From Chrysomallon squamiferum (lineage: Eukaryota; Animalia; Mollusca), in contig CM022677.1 of assembly GCA_012295275.1 (NCBI GenBank), forward strand, positions 18,042,001 to 18,106,000: a stretch of DNA of 64,000 nt, given 5' to 3'. The stretch's first letter is position 1. Each line of letters opens with the position of its first letter. The notes beneath the pieces are model-generated. The model was not told the DNA's origin, searched no databases, and saw only the letters and a list, made by a program, of their open reading frames with translations. This document shows positions 54,614-64,000 of the stretch, piece by piece. Both the position numbers and the translations under genes were made by a program.

Positions 54614-55219
54614 TAGTAAATTGACAAGAGTTAATAAAAACAAATTCCAGTGACATATTAAACTTTTAATATTCATAATTCACAAAATAACTGAATAACA
54701 TGAAATACACGCGTACAAACACATTAATGCGTGAATTTTATAGACTTCTGTTCAGTGACAACATATTATTATTAAAACGTACAGAGTTATCTTTCCTACT
54801 CCGAGAATGTTACGGTTAAATTGAAAAACATATAAACAGACACACACGTATATATGTATATATATACATCTTTTTAATATATTATTCTGCTTACCTGCCT
54901 CCCTACTGTATGTCTGTATGTCTGTCTGTATGCAAGTATGTAGGTCTGTATTTCGGTCTCTATGTGTGTCTGTCTGTCTATAATCATATCTGTATATAAT
55001 GTATCTAACTAATGTATGTATCTGTCTATCTATCTATCTAAATCTAATGTATTTATCTATGTATATATATATATCTATCTCCGTATCTATCTATATCTAC
55101 TGTATCTATTAAATTATGTGTATATATGTATATATATATCTATATATTTATATATCTGTCTGACTATTTGTCTGTATAACTCTATTTACATCTAATGCAT
55201 CTATCTATCTATCTATCTA

Positions 55220-55250
<31 letters not shown>

Positions 55251-55540
55251 CATCTATATCGAACGTATCTGTCTATATTGCTAATTGATGTATGCATGTA
55301 TGTGCGTATATATGTATGTTTCTCTCTATATCTTATCTATCTCCTGTCTATCTATCTATATATATATCTATCTATATATAATGTATCTATCTATCTATAT
55401 CTAATGTATCTATCTATCTGTCTATCTATATATATGTATCTCTGTGCATCTATCTATATCTCTGTCCGTCTATCTATCAATCCATCTATCCATCTATCTG
55501 TCTGTCTCTCTGTCTTTCTATCTATTTTTCTATCTATCTG

Positions 55541-55585
<45 letters not shown>

Positions 55586-55590
55586 AACTA

Positions 55591-56721
55591 CTATGTTAGG
55601 TCAGTCACTGCAGTGACACTAGAAAAAGACGGCAGATGGCTACTGGCAGAACTTGAATTTTCAGACGACATTTTCTTTGTATGTTTCCTTCTATTCACTG
55701 GCGTCTTCAAACATCTAAATTTCTTTAACATGATTTCTCTGTAGTTCCTGCCACTTCCCATCAGAATGTAAAAATTCTGAGCAAAATTTAACAAATAGAT
55801 CATATTGAAGAGCGGCCAAAGACTGCCAGATAAGGCAAAAGCGAACATATCCGATCTGGTAAACTTGAGTCCTGCATAAACAGCATCTGATACCGCGGCG
55901 GGTAGAATAGTTAGCAGAGCAAAAACGGAAACGAAAACGAGAGGGCGCGTTGCCTTATCGTGTTTCTGATTGGTGAATTCTTTGCCAGATCTCATGAACG
56001 TGTTCCTGAATTCGTTGCTCCGTTGCACGTGCGCGACGATCATGACGTTGAGGACGAAGATGCAGACGCACGGAAGTGTGGACGAGAGAACTAGTCGATA
56101 GGCAACCATAAGAAAAGCGGCTTCCTTTGCTGGATAGCATACACCGTCGTTTATTTCAACAATGACAAGAACAGGGATGTGCAGAACGAAAATAACGATA
56201 ACCATAGACCAGCAGACGACCAACGCTTTCCTTCTCGTGCAAAAGCAGTCACGTGATAGTGGGAAACTGACACAGACGTATCTGTCCAGCGTCAGTCCTA
56301 CGATCAGCCAAGGCGAGAGGATCATGGGAAATAGTAGCTGCATGTTTAACATTTTGCACCAGAAATTGTTGACGTCAACACTCCTTGGAATATGAAACTG
56401 GAATTCAGATTCTCTGAAAAGTTGAATGGCTAGCAACCAGGTGTCAGAGAAACTCAGAAATTTCATGTAAACTGAGTAGGAGAAGGAAGACAACTTTGAA
56501 TCGTTCATCAGAATAAACTGGAGTGCGTTTCCGATGGCTCCCATGACATCTACAAATACTACGAGACTAAAATAGCCAGTTCCACGTAAATCAAATAACA
56601 TTAAATTTGTCAGAGGTGAGACGGTGCTCGTGTTTGATTGGTTAATCAATTCGAGTCCGTCTGTACTGCCGATGTACGTTGATGTTGACTCCGTCATTAT
56701 CGATGTCGTATTCATATTCAT
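55591..56721 (-). CDS. G6: intact class-A orphan GPCR, 376 aa (start MNMNTTS), close paralog of G5
   Basis: Same motifs as G5. Acceptor AG at 56734-56733. The last codon CAG of G5 is TAG here. Confidence 0.92.
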   Translation of the reverse strand: MNMNTTSIMTESTSTYIGSTDGLELINQSNTSTVSPLTNLMLFDLRGTGYFSLVVFVDVMGAIGNALQFILMNDSKLSSFSYSVYMKFLSFSDTWLLAIQLFRESEFQFHIPRSVDVNNFWCKMLNMQLLFPMILSPWLIVGLTLDRYVCVSFPLSRDCFCTRRKALVVCWSMVIVIFVLHIPVLVIVEINDGVCYPAKEAAFLMVAYRLVLSSTLPCVCIFVLNVMIVAHVQRSNEFRNTFMRSGKEFTNQKHDKATRPLVFVSVFALLTILPAAVSDAVYAGLKFTRSDMFAFALSGSLWPLFNMIYLLNFAQNFYILMGSGRNYREIMLKKFRCLKTPVNRRKHTKKMSSENSSSASSHLPSFSSVTAVTDLT

Positions 56722-56736
56722 CCAAACAGCGTCTGA

Positions 56737-56839
<103 letters not shown>

Positions 56840-56928
56840 GTGGAATTGTCTTAATAATAGTCAGGATTAACAGAGAAATATAGAAAGAAATATTTGGAGA
56901 CGAACGGAATGAGATAAGAACGAATGGG

Positions 56929-57069
<141 letters not shown>

Positions 57070-58278
57070 GAAATAGAAGAACACAGATGAGTAAAACGAA
57101 TAAAGAGAAAGATGAAAAACAAATATGAGTAAAGAAAGAGAAAGAAAACACATACATATACATATAATGCCTATAGATAGATAGATAGGTAGAGAGAGGC
57201 AGGCAAATACATAGATATAGATAGATAGTGGACAGAGAGATAGATCGATAGTGGGTGAAAAAGAAAAGGATAGATTGACTGAGAGAAGTGTGATCACCTA
57301 CATACACATTATTTACTTAAAATATAAAATATTTGACGAAAAGTCACAAAGGAAATTGTATTTAACAGATAGGATTTAATACACTGTGTAATATTCTGAT
57401 CCGTTCAAACAACATTCTGTCCGCATCAACACTGTTCTCGTCAACACTGTCAGCGTCAACACTGTCCGCGTCAACACTGTCAGCGTCAACACTGTCCGCG
57501 TCAACACTGTCTGCATTGACGTAAAGTTTTTCGGTTCACCTTTAATTTATGCAGATCGCTGTCACAGTAGAATTTCAGTCTCTGTTCTTTTCCGTTTATT
57601 GATTATCAGTTGATTCTCCGCTAATTCTGCACTGAAACATCTTTGTCCTGTCACTTAAGTCACTTTGTGTTTCCTCGCTATATATTGAACGCTGGATGTT
57701 CTTGTTTTGTTTTTTTCCTTTAGTCAATGCCAACGTGCGTTTCTGCTGGGTTTTTTTGGATATAGTTATAAATGAAAGTTTTAATAAAAGCACACAAATA
57801 AGCAAGTAACTGTAAAAGGATAAGCTACACACAACTTATACGACGTGGAAACCAATACAAAGCAGTGAGACATTCAAAACTAACCATTTTTAAATCAACC
57901 TGTTTTATAGCATTTACAGATCTAATATTTATTAAATCGGAAATGTTGACATTTTGATACTGTTATCTATATCTATATATCTGCATCTATATCTATATCT
58001 ATATCTATATATATGTGTGTGTGTGCATGTGTGTATGTATATATATATATGTGTACTGAGAGATAGCGAGCGAAAGAGAAAGCGACAGTATTATTAGTAT
58101 AGCCACTATCAGTATTACTAATACACTTCTATTATTATTATTGCTACTACTGTTACTACTTTCCTACTATTGCTCTCATTACTATTATTATTATTATTAT
58201 TACTTGTAGTAGTAATAGTAGTAGTAGTAGTAGTGGTAATAGTAATAGTAATAATAGCAATACATTATTTTAATATAC

Positions 58279-58560
58279 ACTCACCAATTTGTTGCGAAAT
58301 TCTTCCAGAAATTTCTTCTCGAATGTCGATAATGTTTCTACCTCTTTTTATAAAGATTTCTTCACCAAACTGAGCTGTCAATCAAATTTCTGCACTGTAT
58401 TAAAGGTGCGTAGCGATGATCAGAATTTTAATTAATTAAAAAAAGTTAATTCTTTGCTTAATTCTGATTAATCCTTCCTTACAGTCAGTTGAAAATAATT
58501 TTTTACATCTAATGAAAATTCTCTTGACTGTTAAATGTGACGTTTTCCTTCATCACGTTT
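58279..58560 (-). promoter_or_regulatory. Promoter and non-coding exon 1 of G6
   Basis: GTGATGAAGGAAAACGTCAC at 58556-58537, TGATTGACAG at 58384-58375, TATAAAAA at 58352-58345, ACATTC (A at 58324), donor G|GTGAGT at 58284. Confidence 0.75.
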
Positions 58561-58872
58561 TTGAAAAAAAAAAAATTGTTTGTGAGTTGGTAAAATATTA
58601 ATATCCTCTGAAAATTATTTCGTTTCTTGAATCAACGACTTTTTTTTATTTTTATTAATTATAAAGACACATGGTACATTTGGATTATTATTTTATTGTC
58701 TAATTTTTATTATTTTTATCATTATTATTATCTTTGTATTTCAGTCTGTTTTGTTAATGCGATGACAGATAAGATGAACCGTGAATATCCACACGAAACT
58801 AAATTACAATCCCAAATCATGGCTACCATTTAATGACTTATTTGTTCTGCTCTTTGCAGAGAGGTTTTGGAA

Positions 58873-58903
<31 letters not shown>

Positions 58904-59153
58904 AATGTGTGTGTATGTGTGTGTGTGTGTCCAAGCTGTTATCAGAGAAAGGTTGTTACAAAAATTCGTTGAAGGTAAATTATTTATTAGTCAATTTAAA
59001 GTACTTGAAATCCTACGTCAGTTGCTTGTACCAAACGTCAGATAATTAACGGAAAAAAGTAAGTGAATATAAATAAATAAATAAATATATAAATACATAA
59101 ATAAATAAATAAATAAATAATTAAATAAATAGATACATAAATAAATAAATACA

Positions 59154-59200
<47 letters not shown>

Positions 59201-59736
59201 ATTCATAAATAAATTAAATAAATAAATAACATCTATCTGTCTGTTTTCTCTCTCACTCTCTTTCTGTCTGTTTTCTACATAATAATCTTCCATCCATCCA
59301 TCCATCCATCGGTTTATGTATTTGTTTTAATTATGTCTGTTAATAAGTACAAGTATTACATAATCGATTATCTGTTTTATTACAATTAAACTATTTTTAC
59401 ATCGTTTTTTTTTCCTCAGGAAACCATTAACTCCAGCACTCAGCGGCAAAGGTCAGAACAAATTTGTTGTTCTATAGAAAATATACCAGTACATAAAAGC
59501 CATCATTTAGCATCGTAATAGGTTAATTTCGATCTGATATTTAAGTTTATCTTATCTCAGTACATTGCTATATATAATATATATATATATGTATATAATG
59601 TTGAATGTGTGTGTTGTATATCAACGGATATATGTATGTGTCTGTATGTGTATATATATATATATATATGTCTGTGTGTGTGTGTATGTGTGTGTGTATA
59701 TGTGTGTGTGTATATGTATGTGTGTGTATGTGTATA

Positions 59737-59779
<43 letters not shown>

Positions 59780-59821
59780 TTTATTTCTCACTGATGGTTC
59801 CCCCCAGACTGCTTGGTTCCA

Positions 59822-59876
<55 letters not shown>

Positions 59877-60213
59877 ACATATACACAATTTATTTAACTA
59901 TTATTACCAAACATACTGTGTAAAAAATATAGTTACCTATGTCTGTCTGTAGTTTACAGTAATTCAGTGGACAAATCTTCTTCCTTTTGATTCAAATTGT
60001 TTTTTTTGTGTTTTTTTTCTAGCATAGCCAGTAAACAAAAATAATAAGAGCGAGCTGCTGAGAAACAAGACTACGACAGTCACACTCTCTGACAAAGCCA
60101 GGATGTGTCTGTCACATTCTAGCGCTCTCGTGTGTCCAGCTCTTGTAGCCAAACAGAACAGACATCCCTTAAAATAAGAGCGTCAGTTTAAGGTCTATGA
60201 ACAGACATATCTT

Positions 60214-63200
60214 CAGTTAAAATAAGTTAATAGTCTAGAGAACAGCACTATAAGTTCACATAACACAATTTACAGTTAAAATAAGTTAATAGTCTACAGA
60301 ACAGCACTATAAGTTCACATAACACAATTTACAGTTAAAATAAGTTAATAGTCTAGAGAACAGCACTATAAGTTCACATAACACAATTTACAGTTAAAAT
60401 AAGTTAATAGTCTAGATAACAGCACTATAAGTTCACATAACACAATTTACAGTTAAAATAAGTTAAGCACTATATAAGTCACATAACACACTTAAGTTCA
60501 ATAACACAATTTACAGTTAAAATAAAGTCAATAACACAATTTAGAACAAAATAAGTTAATAGTCTAGAGAACAGTTAAGTTCACAAACACAATTTACAGT
60601 TAAAATAAATATAACAGTTAATAGTTTACAGTTAAAATAAGTTAATAGTCACAGCACTATAAGTTCACATAACACAATTTACAGTTAAAATAAGTTAATA
60701 GTCTAGAGAACAGCACTATAAGTTCACATAACACAATTTACAGTTAAAATAAGTTAATAGTCTAGAGAACAGCACTATAAGTTCACATAACACAATTTAA
60801 AATAAGTTAAAATATAAGTTCACATAACACAATTAATAGTCTAGAGAACAGCACTATAAGTTCACATAACACAATTTACAGTTAAAATAAGTTAATAGTC
60901 TAGAGAACAGCACTATAAGTTCACATAACATAGTTTACAGTTAAAATAAGTTAATAGTCTAGATAACAGCACTATAAGTTCACATAACACAATTTACAGT
61001 TAAAATAATAGTCTACAGAACAGCACTATAAGTTCACATAACACAATTTACAGTTAAAATAAGTTAATAGTCTAGAGAACAGCACTATAAGTTCACATAA
61101 CACAATTTACAGTTAAAATAAGTTAATAGTCTAGAGAACAGCACTATAAGTTCACATAACACAATTTACAGTTAAAATAAGTTAATAGTCTAGAGAAACA
61201 GTCTAATATAACACAATTTACAGTTAAAATAAGTTAATAGTCTAGAGAACAGCACTATAAGTTCACATAACACAATTTACAGTTAAAATAAGTTAATAGT
61301 CTAGAGAACAGCACTATAAGTTCACATAACACAATTTACAGTTAAAATAAGTTAATAGTCTAGAGAACAGCACTATAAGTTCACATAACACAATTTACAG
61401 TTAAAATAAGTTAATAGTCTAGAGAACAGCACTATAAGTTCACATAACACAATTTACAGTTAAAATAAGTTAATAGTCTAGAGAACAGCACTATAAGTTC
61501 ACATAACACAATTTACAGTTAAAATAAGTTAATAGTCTAGAAACAGCACTATAAGTTCACATAACACAATTTACAGTTAAAATAAGTTAATAGTCTAGAG
61601 AACAGCACTATAAGTTCACATAACACAATTTACAGTTAAAATAAGTTAATAGTCTAGAGAACAGCACTATAAGTTCACATAACACAATTTACAGTTAAAA
61701 TAAGTTAATAGTCTAGATAACAGCACTATAAGTTAATAGTCTACACAACAGCACTATAAGTTCACATAACACAATTTACAGTTAAAATAAGTTAATAGTC
61801 TAGATAACAGCACTATAAGTTCACATAACACAATTTACAGTTAAAATAAGTTAATAGTCTAGAGAACAGCACTATAAGTTCACATAACACAATTTACAGT
61901 TAAAATAAGTTAATAGTCTAGAGAACAGCACTATAAGTTCACATAACACAATTTACAGTTAAAATAAGTTAATAGTCTAGAGAACAGCACTATAAGTTCA
62001 CATAACACAATTTACAGTTAAAATAAGTTAAAAACAGCACTATAAGTTCACATAACACAATTTACAGTTAAAATAAGTTAATAGTCTAGAGAACAGCACT
62101 AGTTCACTATAAGTTCACATAACACAATTTAACAGTTAAAATAAGTTAATAGTCTAAAAAAGTTAATAGTCTAAGAACAGTACTATAAGTTCACATAACA
62201 CAATTTACAGTTAAAATAAGTTAATAGTCTAGAGAACAGCACTATAAGTTCACATAACACAATTTACAGTTAAATACAGTTAAAATAAGTTAATAGTCTA
62301 GATAACAGCACTATAAGTTCACATAACACAATTTACAGTTAAAATAAGTTAATAGTCTAGAGAACAGCACTATAAGTTCACATAACACAATTTACAGTTA
62401 AAATAAGTTAATAGTCTAGAGAACAGCACTATAAGTTCAGCACTATAAGTTCATATACACAATTTACAGTTAAAATAAGTTAATAGTCTAGAGAACAGCA
62501 CTATAAGTTCACATAACACAATTTACAGTTAAAATAAGTTAATAGTCTAGAGAACAGCACTATAAGTTCACATAACACAATTTACAGTTAAAATAAGTTA
62601 ATAGTCTAGATAACAGCACTATAAGTTCACATAACACAATTTACAGTTAAAATAAGTTAATAGTCTAGAGAACAGCACTATAAGTTCACATAACACAATT
62701 TACAGTTAAAATAAGTTAATAGTCTAGATAACAGCACTATAAGTTCACATAACACAATTTACAGTTAAAATAAGTTAATAGTCTAGAGAACAGCACTATA
62801 AGTTCACATAACACAATTTACAGTTAAAATAAGTTAATAGTCTAGAACAGCACTATAAAATAACACAATTAAGTTAAAATAAGTTAATAGTCTAGAGAAC
62901 AGCACTATAAGTTCACATAACACAATTTACAGTTAAAATAAGTTAATAGTCTAGAGAACAGCACTATAAGTTCACATAACACAATTTACAGTTAAAATAA
63001 GTTAATAGTCTAGATAACAGCACTATAAGTTCATATAACACAATTTACAGTTAAAATAAGTTAATAGTCTAGATAACAGCACTATAAGTTCACATAACAC
63101 AATTTACAGTTAAAATAAGTTAATAGTCTACAGAACAGCACTATAAGTTCACATAACACAATTTACAGTTAAAATAAGTTAATAGTCTAGAGAACAGCAC

Positions 63201-63245
63201 TATAAGTTCACATAACACAATTTACAGTTAAAGTAAGTTAACACA
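60214..63245. repeat. 59-bp satellite, ~50 units (cagttaaaataagttaatagtctagagaacagcactataagttcacataacacaattta)
   Basis: One-base shift per 60-nt line; highly homogeneous with scattered indel-bearing units. Confidence 0.98.
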
Positions 63246-63249
63246 GTCT

Positions 63250-64000
63250 GGAGGATATGTTAGACGGGAACCTAGCGTCGTCATTGACCCAGTTCACGAC
63301 GACGTAGTCGTGGAAGTCTCTGACGCGAGGAACGGCTGGAGCAGCTTCCACGACCTCGACTATGACCAGGTATTCCGCACATACGCCAGGGGAAGGAGAG
63401 GCAATGCTGCGACACGTCAGATCTTCCTTAGAGACGACTGCAAGGTCAAGGTCGACGGTTTTTCCTCCACACGACTTGAGTGAAACAAGAAATGAAAAAA
63501 AAAAAAAAAAAAAAAAAAAATCCTTTAATCTCGGCTCCGGGAAACGCTAGATCCAAGACACGGATCAGAACCATTTGAGAGTCGACCTGAACTTTTTAGT
63601 CTGTTGAAACAGCGTTGAAAGTGGGTCTTCAAGTGGCCGAACAGTCCCTGGTAGTTCGTACCTCCGACGGTCAGGAAGAAAGGCATACACTAAAGGGAGG
63701 TTACGTTTCAGGATCCTTTTTCTCGCATCAATGACGTAGAGTTGGTCCCACACTTCGGGACACGCGCTGAAGGTAGCCGTCCACGTAGATGGTATCGGCG
63801 TCCTCGAGTGCTCGGAGCTGGGCGTCAGTTGCAAACATTGCTGAGCACATTATTGTCGTCGTCGCTGTCGTTGCGAAGAAGAAAGCTATCTCCGTCAAGT
63901 GTTTTCTGTGCACTCGTCTACCAGGTTAACTTCGGCTGTTGAAGTTGGGGTGCTGTCAGGTTCCGATGTCTGTACAAGGCTCTGTCGAATGTACAGAACG
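63250..64000 (-). mobile_element. Decayed Mutator-like (MULE) transposase, continuing beyond the window
   Basis: Frameshifted pieces: FATDAQLRALEDADTIYVDG/TFSACPEVWDQLYVID, LPLVYAFLPDR, FPGAEIKG(F)n/HF, DFHDYVVVNWVNDDARFP. These are typical of animal MULE DDE domains. Confidence 0.85.

Noticed and set aside
60167-60193. ccttaaa...tttaagg hairpin as the terminus of a transposon carrying the satellite
   Set aside because: Only 7 bp, no TSD, and the sequence still aligns loosely with the G5 copy (52256-52310) up to the array start.
60214-63245. CRISPR-like regular array
   Set aside because: Head-to-tail near-identical 59-mers with no unique spacers, no cas genes, eukaryotic context.

Overview
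Eukaryotic (invertebrate-like, very microsatellite-rich) genomic DNA. There are no prokaryotic features and no CRISPR array, and most ORF-track entries are microsatellite translations. The window holds a cluster of seven paralogous class-A (rhodopsin-like) orphan GPCR loci with single-exon CDSs, most similar in motif pattern to the FMRFamide-receptor-like/Srw-like expansions often linked to chemoreception (family assignment by motif recognition only). Three loci are intact, all on the minus strand: G1 4272-5492, G5 47090-48223, G6 55591-56721. Four are disrupted, all on the plus strand: G2 19360 (cut by a duplication breakpoint), G3 28925 (two opposing frameshifts), G4 37867 (one in-frame TAG) and G7 ~44918 (a relic missed by the ORF track). 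Two segmental duplications (~9.6 kb and ~6 kb) built part of the cluster. The most notable unannotated signal is a shared, gene-oriented upstream architecture. From distal to proximal it is: a paralog-specific tandem array, a ~75-bp conserved element, a GTGATGAAAGAAAACGTCA motif ~200 bp before a TATA box, a short non-coding exon 1, an intron, and the CDS exon. The window ends in a ~3 kb 59-bp satellite and a decayed Mutator-like transposase. All alignments and counts were done by eye.
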